Below are positions 37,408 to 49,781 of a DNA stretch of 64,000 nt, one piece after another (position 1 is the stretch's first letter; the number at the start of each line of letters is the position of its first letter). This DNA is from an uncultured Candidatus Entotheonella sp. (GTDB lineage: Bacteria > Tectomicrobia > Entotheonellia > Entotheonellales > Entotheonellaceae). The stretch is taken from positions 2,784,001 through 2,848,000 of the forward strand of contig OZ244252.1 in NCBI GenBank assembly GCA_965217185.1. Reading direction: 5' to 3'. Both the position numbers and the translations under genes were made by a program. The notes beneath the pieces are model-generated. The model searched no databases. It was not told the DNA's origin and was given only the letters and a program-made list of their open reading frames with translations.

Positions 37408-40400
37408 CTACCAGCCCAGCGCGAACCGCAGTCCGATGGCGTGCTCGGCTTCTGCATCGCCGCCATTGTTTTCCCGCCGCAGACCCTCGATGCCGAGCTG
37501 CATGGCCGCACCGGACTGCCCCGCAGGACTGACCCGGTAGCCTACCCGATAGTCGCGCCCACTCCCCAGCATCCCGGCCCCGGCCCAAGGTGCGCCGGTG
37601 AACCGACCGCCCAGGATCGGGAATCCATAGGCGGCTTCCGCGGTGAACTGGCCGCCAGGCGGGACGCCGGACGACGCCAGTCCGGTCAGCGTATCGCGGC
37701 CAAGTAGCCCGTCCAGTGAGGTCAGGCCGGTGGATGATCTGATCGACGCCGACAGGCCACGGTCCGAGGACGGGCTCGGGTCGTAGCGCACCAATCCCGA
37801 CACACTCCAGTCGCGGAACCTGGTTACCTCGTGCATCAAGACTCGGCGTGTCTCGATCTCCACAGATATGCCTCGTGCCGGCGCCAACCAGACGAGCCCG
37901 ACGCCAACATCGAGGCCAGGGCCGGCCTCCGCGTCGCCGCCGTCATAGCGCCAGGCAACCTCGAACCTCGGCGTCAGTGTCCCGCCAGTCTTCAAAACTA
38001 CTGTGTAGGAACTCTCCAGCCCCAGCCGCAGACGAGTGGCGTCCGCCTTCGCCGCCAACAGACCGGCCGCTGCATCCGAGGCCGTGCGCGCCCAGAACCC
38101 GTCCGTCTGCAGCGCAACGTTCAACCCGCGCGCCGCCGTGAGGAGCGCGCTCCGCGCACCAACGGCGGCCATCGTGAGACCCATGTCGGTTTCCATCGAA
38201 AAGCCACCTTGCGGCGTCAGCGTTAGCGCGCCGCGGCCCAGACCTCCCAGGCCCCAGACCGAAAACCGCTCCGTAAACTTGTAGCCGGCATAGGGATAGA
38301 AACCCGTCAACGATGCCTCGACGTCGTCCTTGCCGTACCCCCTGCCGTAGCTACCCTCGCCCCGGCTATGTGAGAGCGCCAACCCAACGGTCCAGGGACC
38401 CTTGCCGTAGTCGGCGCCGAGAGTCCCCGTGGTCACCTCGCCATCGAGCGAGAACGTCCCCTCACGCCCATCGAAGCCGGAACGGACGCCGCGGCCCCAC
38501 ACGCAGGCCACCCCGCCGCCGGCCGTCTCGCCGCTCAACTCAAATCTGCTTCCGGTCAACGGGTCGCGCTCCGCCAGGAGCCGCACGTCGAATAGACGCT
38601 CTGCCTCCATATCGTCATCGGCCCAGCGTGACAGCATCCCCAGGTCAGAACGCGCCGCGCCGCCAAAGCCATGTCCGGCTATCGCGCCCTGCAGCCCTGC
38701 CTGGCACGGCGATCGTAGACGGTCTTCCACGCCTTCCACCACCTGCTGCGCCACCGTACGACCGAAGCGTGCCAACCAGCCGTCCATGGTGGCGTTCGTG
38801 CGACCGCTCCCCGGTGGCGACCAGTCGCTCGGCGCCTCGCCGTTCAGCGCCCGCACGCGCACCTGATAGTCGGTGCTGGTGTTAAGCCCCGTGATCGTGG
38901 CGGTGGTACCGGTGCCGGCGTGTTCCCAATCGTTCCAGTCACCGGTGGACCCCTGGCGATATTGGACATCGTAGCCGATGAGCGGCGGGCCGCCGTTGGT
39001 GTCCGGCGCTATCCAGGTCACCAACAAGTCGGTGCTTGAACCGTTGGTTGCTCTCACCGTCGGCGCGTCCGGCGTCGCCGGCTTCTCGTCCACGTCCATG
39101 ATCAGGACGGTCACGGCGATGATGGCGTCGGCATCGAGTGGATCCGTCGCCCGCACCGTCACGGCATAGGACGCCTTCACCTCGTGGTCGTAGGTCACCC
39201 CGGCCTTGGTTTTGAGTTGCCCGCTCCCAGCCTCGATGTCGAACGACGCCGCATCCACACCCGCAAGCGTGTAGGTCAGCGGATCGCCGTCTGCGTCCGT
39301 GGCCGTAATCGGCGCCCCGATATCCTGCCCCGGCGGCGTGTTCTCGGGAACGCTGCGGGCGTCGGCGGCACTCGCAAAGGTCGGCGCGGTGTTGTTCGTC
39401 TGTCCGTTTCCCGGCGGCGACCAATCGCTCGCCGCCTCGTCGTTCAGCGCCCGCACCCGCACCTGGTAGTCGGCGTGCGGCCTGAGGCTCATGATCGTGG
39501 TGGTGGTAGCAGTACCGTCGTGCTGCCAATCGTTCCAGTCGCCGCTGGTGCCCAGGCGATACTCAACGTCGTAGTCCATCAGCGACGGGCCGCCATTGGT
39601 GTCCGGCGCCGTCCAAGTCACCAACAGGCTGGTGCTCGACCCCTCCGGTGCCCTCACCGTCGGCCCCTCCGGCGTGGCCGGCTTCTCGGCCACGTCCGTG
39701 ACGTTGATCGTCACGGCGGCGGTGTCGCTGGCGTCGAGCGGGTCCGTCGCCCGAACCGTCACCGAATAGGACGACTTGGTCTCGTAGTCATAGCTCACAC
39801 CGGATTGAGTCTTGAGTTGTCCGGTCGAAGACTCAATGGCGAACGACGCCGCATCCAGCCCCGCGAGCGTGTAGGTCAGCGAGTCGCCGTCCGGATCCGT
39901 CGCCGATATCGGCGTGCCAATGTTCTGGCCTGCGGGCGTGTTCTCAACAACGCTGCGGGTGGCAGTAGAACTCGCATACGACGGCTTTTCGGGCTCATCC
40001 GTGACGTTGATCGTCACGGCGACGGTGTCGCTGGCGTCGAGCGGGTCCGTCGCCCGAACCGTCACCGAATAAGATGCCTTTGTTTCGTGGTCATAAGTCA
40101 CGCCGGTCTTGGTCTTGATCTGCCCGGTCCCAGGCTCGATGTCGAACGACGCCGTGTCGGCACCTTCAAGCGCGTAGGTCAGCGGGTCGCCGTCTGGGTC
40201 CACGGCCGCCACCGGCGTGCCGATGTTCTCGCCCGGCGGCGTGTTCTCGGGAAAGCTGCGGATGGCATCAGCGTTTGCGAACACCGGCGCGGTGTTGTTC
40301 GTTTGTCCGCTTCCCGGCGGCGACCAGTCGCTCGCCGCCTCGTCGTTCAGCGCCCGCACCCGCACCTGATAATCGGTGTGCGCCCTGAGCTCCGTGATCG

Positions 40401-43400
40401 TGGTGCTGGTAGCGGTGCCATCGTGCTGCCAGGCTTTCCAGTCGCCGACGGTGCCCTGTCGGTATTCCACCCCATAGCCCGTGAGCGGCGGTCCGCCGTT
40501 ACGGTCCGGCGCTTTCCAGCTCACCAACAGGCTGGTGCTCGAGCCTCCCGGCGCTCTCACAGTCGGCGCCGCCGGGGTCGCCGGCTGCTCGTCCACGTCG
40601 GTGACGACGAGGGTCACGGCGATGGTGCCGCTGGCGTCCTCGTCGTCTCCCACCTTCACGGTCACAGAATAGGAAGGCTTGGTCTCAAAGTCGTAGACCA
40701 CGCCGGGCTTGGTCTTCAACTGTCCGCTCTTGGAGTCGATGTCGAACGACCCTGCATCCGGGCCTGCAAGCGCGTAGGTCAGCGGGCCGCCGCCGGCGTC
40801 CGCCGCCGTCACCGGCGCCCCAATGTCCTGGCCCGGTGGCGTGTTCTCGGGAAATCTGCGGGTGTCGGCAGAATCCGCGAATCTCGGCGATCCGCCACCG
40901 CCACCGCCACCGCCGCCGCCCCCACCCTCACTCACCACGTCGATGAGGTTGATGGTCACGGCGATGATGTCGGTCCCGCCCACTTCGTCATCCGCCTTCA
41001 CCGTCACGAAATAGGTGCGCTTGGCCTCGTAGTCGTAGGTCACGCCGGCCTTGGTCCTGATCTGGCCGCTCGTGTCTACAATGGTGAATGAGTCCGCGTC
41101 CCGGCCCTCAAGCGTGTAAGTCAGCGTGTCGCCGTCATCGTCCGACGCCGTAACCGGCGCGCCGACGTTGCGGTTCGGCGGCGTGTTTTCGCGGAAGCTG
41201 CGGGTGGTCATGTCGATACCGAAATCCGGGGGGTTGTTCCCGGCAACGTTGGTCCGTCCGAAGCCTGAATCCGACCAGCCGCTGTCCCCATCGTCGTTCC
41301 GCGCCAGCACCTGTACCTCGTACCACGTGCCGGCGGTCAAGCCGGTGGTGATGGTGGTGCTCGTGCCGGTTCCGCTGTGCAACCGCGAGTTCCAACCGCT
41401 GGTGTCTTGCTGTCGGTATTGTACGTCGTAGTCGCTGACGGGCGGCCGGCCGCTGTTGTCAGCAGGCGGGCTCCAAAATACTGACAACTCGGTAGTTGAT
41501 TCGCTCGAAACCGAGGGCGCGGCGGGCGCCTCCGGGGGCTCGGGCACGTCCGTGACGTTGATCGTCACGGCGATGACGTCTGTCCCACCCTTGCCGTCAT
41601 CCGCCTTCAGCGTCACGTAATAGGCGGATTTGGCCTCATGGTCATAGGTCACGCCGGGTTTGGTTCTGATCTGCGCGCTGGTCCCTGTTACGAGGTCGAA
41701 CGACGCCGCGTCCTCCCCCTCAAGCACGTAGGTCAGCGGGTCGTTATTGGCGTCCGTCGCCGTAAACGCAGTGCCGACGTCTACGCCTGCCCCCGTGTTC
41801 TCGGGGATACTTCGCGTGGCCGTCCCGGCGCCAAAGCTCGGCGCCGCGTTGTCCTGAGCCAGGGTCCGACCGGGGCCCGGCGGCGACCACGGGCCGTCAC
41901 CATCCGCGTTTGTTGCCCGCACCTGCACTTGGTATGGGGTGTTCTCGTTCAATTCTGGATCTTCTGGATCTGGAATAGTGGCGCTTCTGCTCGTGGCAGC
42001 GAGGTCCTGGGGGCCATCGGTCCAGCTCCCGCTGGTGCCTTGCCGGTACTGCAAATCGTAGCTGGTGATGAGCGGGCGGCCCGTATTGTCCGGCGCCGTC
42101 CAGACCACCGACAGGCTGGTGGTCGAGTCACTCGATACCGAAGGCGTCGCAGGCGCCAGCGGCGGTTCGAGCACGTCCGTGATTTCAATAGTCACGGCAA
42201 TGGTATCGCTGGCGCCGCTCGGGTCGCTCGCCCGTACCGTCACGGTGTAGGAGGATTTGGCCTCGAAGTTGTAGGGGATACCGGGTTTGGTCCTGATCTG
42301 TCCGCTCGTCTCCACGATGTCGAAGGACGCCGCGTCGGCACCCTCCAGGGTGTAGATCAGGGCATCGTTATCCGCATCCGTCGCCAGGATCACAGCGCCG
42401 ACGTTGCGGCCCGGCGGCGTATTTTCGGCGACGCTGCGGGTAGCCGTCGCGTCGGCAAATTCCGGCGCCGCCAGGGTCCGCCCGGCGCCCGGCTGCGACC
42501 AGTCGCCGGACCCCTCCTCATTGGTTGCCTGCACCCGTACCTGGTACCGCGTATTCTCATCCAATCCCAGGATGACGGCGCTCGTGTCGGTGACGCCCTG
42601 CGGTCCATTGCTCCAGTCCGTGTCCTGCGGATTTGGCTCGCACTGCCCATCCATGCACGCCAGATATTGCAGATTGTAGCTGTCGATGGGCGGGCGACCC
42701 GTGTTGTTGGCGGGCGGGCGCCAACTTACCGACAGACTCTTGATCGAGTGGCCCGACACCGTGGGCCGGGAAGGCGCGTTCGGGGCTTCGAACTTGTCCT
42801 TGAGGCGGATGGTCACGGCAACGGTGGCGCTGATCTGGTGCACGTCCGTCGCCTTCACCGTCACGGTATAGGCGTCCTTGTCCTCGATGGCCTCGAGGGC
42901 TTCGAAGTCGTAGACCATGCCTGACCGGGTCTTGATCTGCCCCGTCCCGCGCTCGATGACGAACGCGCCGGCGTCCGCGCCCTCCAGCGTGTAGGTCAGA
43001 TCGCCGTCACCTGGCCGACGTCGGTAACCGGTAGGGGCACGTTGCCCATGCTCTCGTCGAATATGAAGCTACGCGGGGTGTCCGGGGGAAACACCGGCGG
43101 GCCGTTCCCGGTAACGTTGGTCCGCCCGGAACCCGGCGGCGACCAGGGGCTGTCTCCTTCGTCGTTCGTCGCCCGCAACTGAACCTGATACGGCGTGCCC
43201 CCATTCAAGCCCGGGATAGTGGTGCTCGTGCCGGACACATTCTGCGGACCATTCGTCCAGCTCCCGCTGGTGCCTCGTCGGTATTGCAGGTCGTAGCTGG
43301 TGATGGGCGGGCGGTCGTCCGGGTTGTCCGGCGCTGTCCAGCTCACCGAGAGACTGGTGTCCGAGGCGGTGGAGACCACGGGCGCGGCGGGCCTTTCCGG

Positions 43401-44744
43401 CGGCTCGTCGACGTCCGTAAGGGAGATGTCCACGTCAATCGTGGCGCTGTTCATGTTTGAGTCCGTCGCCGTCGCCTTCACCATCACAGTGTAGGTATTG
43501 CTGATGGTGTCCTCGTAGTCGTAAGTGACGCCGGCCTTGGTCCTGATCTGCCCGCTCGACGCCACGATGTCGAACGACCCGGCGTCCGTGCCTTCCAGGC
43601 TGTATGTCAGCGTGCTCTCGCCCGTTGCCTCCACCGGTTCGCCGATGTTCCGGCTTGGCGGCGTGTTTTCCGCGAAACTGCGGGTGGGCGAGGGCTCCAG
43701 GAACACGGGCGGGTCGTTCCCGGTAACGTTGGTCCACCCGGTGCCCGGCGGCGACCAAGGGCCGTCGCCATCCTCGTTCGTCGCCTGCACCTGTACCTCG
43801 TACTGCGTGCCCGTGTCCAAACCCGAAATGATGGCGTTGGTGTCGGTTCGGTTCTGGGGACCGTTCCTCCAGTTGTTGGTTCCGGATTCCTGGTACTGCA
43901 AGTCGTAGCTGGTGATCGGCGCGCGGCCCGTGTTGTCCGGCGCTGTCCAGCGCACCACGAGCGAGGTAGTCGAGGCGCCCTTGACATCAGGACGGCCAGG
44001 CGCCAGCGGCGGCTCACCGGGCACATCATTGACGGTAATGGTCACGTCAATATAGCCGCGCCTGTAGTTGCCGTCGCATGCCACCAATTTCAACCTGTAC
44101 ACGCGCGTTTCGTAGTGGTCGATGTCAGTCCTGAGCCCACGCTCCCCGTTGGTGCCGCGGTAGATATAGAAAGCCGCGGCATCCCCATCCGTATGCTCCG
44201 GCTTATCCTCATCATAATCCGCAACGTCAGCATCCCCGTCGCGCAGCGTGTAGACCATGGTGTAGCTTTTGCCGGGATCAGAGTGGTCCGCGTCCATCGC
44301 CACCGGCAGCGCGCCGATGTCCCGGGATTCCCCTATGTTGTCGGGTATCTGGAAGGCAAGAGCGGGTCCGGAGAATTCCGGGCTGTGGCAAGAGTCGTAG
44401 GGACAATCGGGGTCATGGTCGGAATCGCCAATCTGGTGGGGTGTGGCGGGCATTGGCATGGCCAGGAAGGCCGCAAATGCCAACAACAGGCCCGTGATTG
44501 CACGGCGACGGGCGAACGCCGCGCCATGGCGCCGCAGGGCCATCGTCAAGCCGGCGACGGTACGGGAGGCAAGGAAGTGAACTTGGCGGCCACTCGCAAA
44601 CGGTGCGGGCGGCGTCACAGCAGACGGCCGGATTGGACGCCGATGTATCTCTGCTGTTGGTTCCTTTTGAGCCGAGGACAACCGACTTGTCCCCGCCTGT
44701 CCGCAAAAATCCGATTCTGTCCGATCAACAGGTTGCGAATTCAC
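37408..44744 (-). pseudogene. Giant cadherin/fibronectin-III repeat adhesin with autotransporter-like C-terminal beta-barrel, split near 43000
   Basis: Alternating cadherin-like (ENTP..DxDGD.LTYTL..DYE) and FN3 (VSW..YxVQVRAxN..WS) modules in ORFs 42996-44744 and 37408-42918; C-terminal WLARFGRT..LRFALGW. Confidence 0.85.
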
Positions 44745-45107
44745 GACAGAATCCCCCCGGTTCTCGGAGACACCTATCCGGCTGACTGGTTATTCACCAA
44801 CGCGGTATTTTCGACATTGAAACGGTGTCGAATTGCTTCTGGCGCTCGCCTTGGTATGGCCAAGTCTCGGAAAACAACAGGCAGGAAAACGAAGCCCTGA
44901 TCACACGATATCCCGGGAAGCCAGGACGGAGCGAATTCAGAGTTTAACACGGGATTTGAGGAAGGAAATGCCCCCAGTGCGGGGAGTACCGTATCAGAAG
45001 GGCACCGGCACCGTCAACGCCACGCGACAGGCGGTAGTGTCCCGGTCTGAAAAGACTGGCTCACGTGCTCCCCAGACAGGTTGCACGTTCGGTCGTTCGG
45101 CACCGGT

Positions 45108-45360
45108 TCCCCCCTCACCCCAACCCTCTCCCAGAGGGAGAGGGAGCATCAATTTCCCAAAGAAGAAGGTCCTCTTACCCTCTGGAGCGCTTAATCCCCC
45201 TCCCCCCGGGAGGGGCTAGGGGAGGGTTTAGGGAGGAGGCGATGCGCCGGCAGAAGTGAAGGGGCATTTGAAACTGAACCACTACCGGAATTCCCGCTGT
45301 GGCAGGTTGCTTTTCGGTCCCCTCACCCCGCCGCGGGGGAGGGCTAGGGAGAGGGGGGAA
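45108..45360. repeat. Cluster of CCCTCTCCC..GGGAGAGGG-type palindromes
   Basis: Three related hairpins in the adhesin-Slam intergenic region. Confidence 0.75.
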
Positions 45361-45440
45361 AGTTGGTGCGCGGAGGAAATTCGAAAGAGAGACCCGGACG
45401 ACCGGGGCGCCGCGAGCGAGGCCGGGGAGGCCGAGGCGCG

Positions 45441-46736
45441 TCAGAACTGCCGCACGAAGCGCAGCTCGGCGCGATTGCGATCGTAGTCCTGCGCCTGCGC
45501 GTTGGTCTGGCGGGCCTCGTTGATGAGCGCCAGCTGGGGGCTGAAGCGGAAAATCGTCAAGGCGCGGTTGAGGACCGAAATGCTGAAGGTGCGGGTGCGG
45601 TCCAGCCGCCGCCCGCCGTCGAGCGTCAGGTGCACCTCGCCGCTGCCCTCGTAATACGTCCGCCGCATCTGGGCGCTGGTGCCCAGGGTGAAGCCCAGCG
45701 GCAGGGCGAGCGACGTACCCACCCGCACCCAGCGCGACAGGCTGCGCCAGTGCTCCGACGCCGCATGATCGCGCTCGTAGCCCACGGTCATCTGGACGCG
45801 CAGCACGGGCGCCGCCGTCCAGGCGAAATTGGCGGTAAAATCGACGCCCGGGCCGTTGAGAAAGTCGCGGTGGCGGTGGTCGCGTTCGCGGTACGCCGCG
45901 GTGCCGCGTGCCCACAGGCGCGGCGTCAGCCGGCGGTCGAGTTCAAGGCGCACGCCGGTCTCGTCGACGAACGGCAGGCCGCCGAGCCACTGCCGATTGG
46001 CGGTGGCCAGCAGGCTGAATTCGGTAATCGGTCCCGCCAGCCAGCGCGGCCCGGCGTAGGCCGCCAGAAAGGTCTGATCGAAGTCGCTGCCGCCGTATTC
46101 CCGCTGCGCCGCGTCGGCGCCCACCCGCAGGCGCAGCCGTTCGCTCAGCGGTTGCTGGTACTCGCCGCCGCCCCACACCGAGAACCCCAGGCCCGACTTG
46201 GCGCCAAAGTCGCCCTCACGCTGGAAGGGCAGCCGCCCGAACACCGTGTCGATGTAGATGATCCCGCTCTCCGAGGCGGCGTTGAGGTTGCTGTCCGGGG
46301 CGATAGCGGCGCCGAAATAGCCCGTCCAGCGCTTGCGGACACGCATGACGTTCAGGAAGCTATGGATGTTGGCGGCTACCGGCGGCGGCACCCCGCCGGC
46401 CAGCACCAGCTCGAAATGGCGCCGCGCCAAGCCGTCCTGCCCCTTCAGGAAGAAGGTCCGCGCCAGTTCCAGGCGCACCCGTATCAGCTCCGGATGATTG
46501 ACCAGGATGAGCCGGAAGGCGGCAATGGCCTTGTCGTACAGCGCTCGGCGCGCCTTGTTGTCGTCGGCCTGTTCGACGTCGGTCAGTGCTTTCATGCCGA
46601 TTTGGAACAGCAGGCCGACGCGCTCGTCGAGCTGGCGCGGCGGCGCCTCCTGGGCGGTCGCCGCGGTTGTCAACAGGAAACACACCAGCAAGGCAGCCAA
46701 GGCGAATACCGGGCAAAAGGGTCGGGAACGCATCAT
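45441..46736 (-). CDS. Slam/DUF560 outer-membrane protein (type XI secretion translocon)
   Basis: Signal peptide, TPR segment (RVRLELARTFF), DSNLN motif, amphipathic beta strands, terminal Phe. Confidence 0.82.
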   Translation of the reverse strand: MMRSRPFCPVFALAALLVCFLLTTAATAQEAPPRQLDERVGLLFQIGMKALTDVEQADDNKARRALYDKAIAAFRLILVNHPELIRVRLELARTFFLKGQDGLARRHFELVLAGGVPPPVAANIHSFLNVMRVRKRWTGYFGAAIAPDSNLNAASESGIIYIDTVFGRLPFQREGDFGAKSGLGFSVWGGGEYQQPLSERLRLRVGADAAQREYGGSDFDQTFLAAYAGPRWLAGPITEFSLLATANRQWLGGLPFVDETGVRLELDRRLTPRLWARGTAAYRERDHRHRDFLNGPGVDFTANFAWTAAPVLRVQMTVGYERDHAASEHWRSLSRWVRVGTSLALPLGFTLGTSAQMRRTYYEGSGEVHLTLDGGRRLDRTRTFSISVLNRALTIFRFSPQLALINEARQTNAQAQDYDRNRAELRFVRQF

Positions 46737-46912
46737 CGTTGGGTCTCGTCTCTTGGGTCTGCGAAAGGGAAAAGTTGGCAGGCGGGTTGGGCGCGTCGTC
46801 CGGCTGCGGCGTGGTGAACAAGGCGGGCAGCGCTTATAGGACGTTTTCATTGCCCGCCCGGTGCCGGCGTTGCGGGGGCCTAGCCCTGGCCGGCGCCCTG
46901 TTCGAGCAAGGT

Positions 46913-47305
46913 TTACAACCGCGCCAGGCGCTCGCTGAGGGCGGCAAGGTCCTTGCGCACGGCCTTGAATTCGTCGTCTACGGCCTTGAAGTCGGCGTCC
47001 ACAGCCTCGAAGCCGCGCTGCATCTCCTGGCGGACGGCCTTGAATTCGGCGTCAACGGCCTTGAAGTTTGCGTCCACAGCCTCAAAGCCGCGTTGCGTGT
47101 CCTGACGCATCAATTGCATCTCCTGACGCATCAGGCGCACGTCATCGCGCAGGGGCGCAATGGTCATCGAGAGGACCAAGGCAATCGCGGCGATGATCAC
47201 CACGCTGAAGCCGCCAAGGCCGCTGACGATGAGAACGATATCCTTCGCGATGGCCAGTCTCGAGTTGGCGGCGGGTGCCGGGAGCGGTGGGTTGTCTACC
47301 GCCAT
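46913..47305 (-). CDS. Membrane-anchored coiled-coil protein with FxAVD heptad repeats
   Basis: TM helix then RQEMQ / FEAVDANFKAVDAEFKAV repeats; GAGGA RBS. Confidence 0.75.
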   Translation of the reverse strand: MAVDNPPLPAPAANSRLAIAKDIVLIVSGLGGFSVVIIAAIALVLSMTIAPLRDDVRLMRQEMQLMRQDTQRGFEAVDANFKAVDAEFKAVRQEMQRGFEAVDADFKAVDDEFKAVRKDLAALSERLARL

Positions 47306-47494
47306 GTGCGCTTTTCCTCAGGGGTGGTTGCGAATTGCGCCGCCTCTCCGGAAGTGCGGGCTGGAAGCCCGCGCTCCCAGGCATGGGGACTCACGGCGGT
47401 GCTGGCAAGGGACCTCTGAAACCGGTCAAAGCAGGTACAGGATCATTTGCAAACACCCTCTCAGGAAGGACAAGAGGACAGTAGCGTGAACAAG

Positions 47495-47526
47495 AAGGCC
47501 CGCCGTGTTTTCCATGGCGGGCCTTA
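47495..47526 (-). terminator. Hairpin after the lipoprotein gene
   Basis: AAGGCCCGCC..GGCGGGCCTT inverted repeat. Confidence 0.6.
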
Positions 47527-47559
47527 CACACCGGGCTTGGCTTGCTGCGGCACCTTACG

Positions 47560-49545
47560 TCATTGGCTTGGGACAGGGTCAGTGGTGCGGTGCGCGCCGA
47601 AGGCGCCCACGATGTGCCGCACGTTCGGGATGCTGGCGTCGAACCGCCCCGTCACGGCAATCGGCTGGTCATCAACCGTGGCGGCGATATTGTCGTGACG
47701 GTTCAGGAAATCGTAATCCAACGTGCCGGTGCTGCTGGTACCGGACTGCACGATTATCGCAGATTGATCAGCATTTGAATCCAGCTTGACGTGCCAGTTG
47801 TCCTTGGAGCCGTGCTGCGTCGACCGGAAGTCGGTCACGTCCCCCTTAACTCCCGCACCGTCGCCAGTGCCGAACGTAGCATGCAGGATAACCGTGGCGG
47901 TGAAGTCGCCCGATTCGTAGATGGTTGTGCCACCCTCGGACGTGCGGTCGACGTAAAGCCCCACGGCCGGCCCTTCGTACTCCGCGCTGCCGGTGCCGTC
48001 ACTAACCGCATAAGTCTGGGGTGACCCATTAACTATCGACACATCAGCAAACACCGCTGCCTGATACGTGCCGTCCGACATCGCCGGGCGCTCTTGCCAC
48101 CAGCCGAACGTGATGAACTCTCCATCCGTCGTACGGGGCGCACCCGGCTTCGGGACGTTCAAGAGGGAAATCGTGCCGCTGCCCGGATCGAAGTAGAGCA
48201 TGCCGCCTGAGTTTTCTTCGGGTGTGATGGTGAGGGACTCCAACTCCTGCCGATCATCGTCATCCGAATCGTTATAGACTGCGGCCACGTTGATTCTGCA
48301 CGCTTGGCCGCTGTCGCTGATATAGCAACCGTAGTTGCCGGAAACACCATGCACGCGCGCGGAAAGACTGCTCACAAGTTCATCGTCAGGATCTTCATCA
48401 GTTTCGCCTATTTTCGGTGGATGGCCGCCGCGCGACGCATTACTGATCCACATCATCGAAGCGTCGCTCAGCAGATTGAGATTGTTCGTTGCCCAGGTTG
48501 AATGGACGAATCGCGGGTTCGACGTCGTGCCGCCGACGGTGGCGTTGATGGAACTGGCGTAGTGGTTTGCGAACGTTCGCGACTTCTCGCGGTCGGTGTA
48601 GGCAACGGCCTTACGCTCCGGCGGGTTCACGCCCGGCGCCGTGCGCGTCAGCGTGGCCCTGTAAAAGTCGCCCGACTTGCGGGTGGAACCACTAAGGGGC
48701 GAAGCGGTAAGCTCGATGTCGGTATCCCTGTCGTTGATCCCCGCGCTTGCCGTATTGCCCGGCGTCTTCCACGTGCTACCCTCAAGGACAGCTTCGAGAG
48801 CGGTCAGCAGCCCGCGGGCTCGGGCGTCCGCGTCCACCTGATGCGTCACGCGCTGCGTTTCCTGTTCCGCTTCCCGCGCTCTATCTTCCGCCCGCTCCGT
48901 GTCCCGCTCCGCTTGATCCAGCTGTCGTTGCAGCGCGGTTAGTTCCCCCTCCACTCGCGCCAAGTCTATCTTGGCCTGTTGCTCGGCGTCCTTGGCAGCT
49001 TCACGTTCCTTTCTCGCCGTAGCGAGGTCGTCCTTCGCCGTATCGAGGTTGTCGTTCGCCGTATCGAGCGCGGTATTCGCGTCCGCCAATTGCTGGCGCA
49101 CCATGGCAAGGTCGCCTTCCGTCATGGTCTTGGATGCGTTGGCCGCAGCCAGATCGTTCTCCGCCCGGGTCTTGGCCCGCAGGACGACATCCCTCGCCGT
49201 TTCCGCCTCCTGCTGCGCCGTCTCGGCGGCTTCAGCTGCTTGCCGGGCCGTTTCGGCATCCTCCTGCGCCTGCTGAGCCACCCGCATCAGTTCTTCGGCA
49301 GCGCCCTTGGCGACGTTGGCGTCGTCACGCTCCATTTCAGCAGTCGCCTGGGCGGCTTCGGCCGCCGCCTTGGCCGCTTCGGCCGCCACCTCTGCCTGCA
49401 GCGCCGCGTCGCGCTCGTCCATCAGCATGTCGACCTGCGCCTGCAAATCCCGTTGCGCGCCATCGTCGCCGCCACCGCCACACCCCAGCGTCAGCACGAG
49501 CACGCCAGCGCACAGGGCCGCCATCATTCCGTTGCGAATTGTCAT
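47560..49545 (-). CDS. Surface lipoprotein: Ala/Glu coiled-coil stalk + TbpB-like C-terminal barrel
   Basis: Lipobox LTLGC-GGGG; FGWW, AEYEGPAVGLY, GDFTA, terminal VGAFGA motifs. Confidence 0.75.
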   Translation of the reverse strand: MTIRNGMMAALCAGVLVLTLGCGGGGDDGAQRDLQAQVDMLMDERDAALQAEVAAEAAKAAAEAAQATAEMERDDANVAKGAAEELMRVAQQAQEDAETARQAAEAAETAQQEAETARDVVLRAKTRAENDLAAANASKTMTEGDLAMVRQQLADANTALDTANDNLDTAKDDLATARKEREAAKDAEQQAKIDLARVEGELTALQRQLDQAERDTERAEDRAREAEQETQRVTHQVDADARARGLLTALEAVLEGSTWKTPGNTASAGINDRDTDIELTASPLSGSTRKSGDFYRATLTRTAPGVNPPERKAVAYTDREKSRTFANHYASSINATVGGTTSNPRFVHSTWATNNLNLLSDASMMWISNASRGGHPPKIGETDEDPDDELVSSLSARVHGVSGNYGCYISDSGQACRINVAAVYNDSDDDDRQELESLTITPEENSGGMLYFDPGSGTISLLNVPKPGAPRTTDGEFITFGWWQERPAMSDGTYQAAVFADVSIVNGSPQTYAVSDGTGSAEYEGPAVGLYVDRTSEGGTTIYESGDFTATVILHATFGTGDGAGVKGDVTDFRSTQHGSKDNWHVKLDSNADQSAIIVQSGTSSTGTLDYDFLNRHDNIAATVDDQPIAVTGRFDASIPNVRHIVGAFGAHRTTDPVPSQ

Positions 49546-49781
49546 ACCAGCCAGCTCCTCTCTGTTGGTCAAAGGCCGTTCGTCGCCCCACGAAAAAGGC
49601 CACCCCCATTGTGAGGTGGCCTGGGATGGTGCCTTGCGGAATGCGGGAACATCCCCCAAGGCACCTGGTATACCGGAAAAGTTCCGTGGGGAGGGTTCCC
49701 AAGCCACGGAACTCGCGTGCGCCGGCATGTGTTCTGACCGGGAGCTTGCTCGAACCCTCCTCTCCCGTGGGGTTGTCCAGG

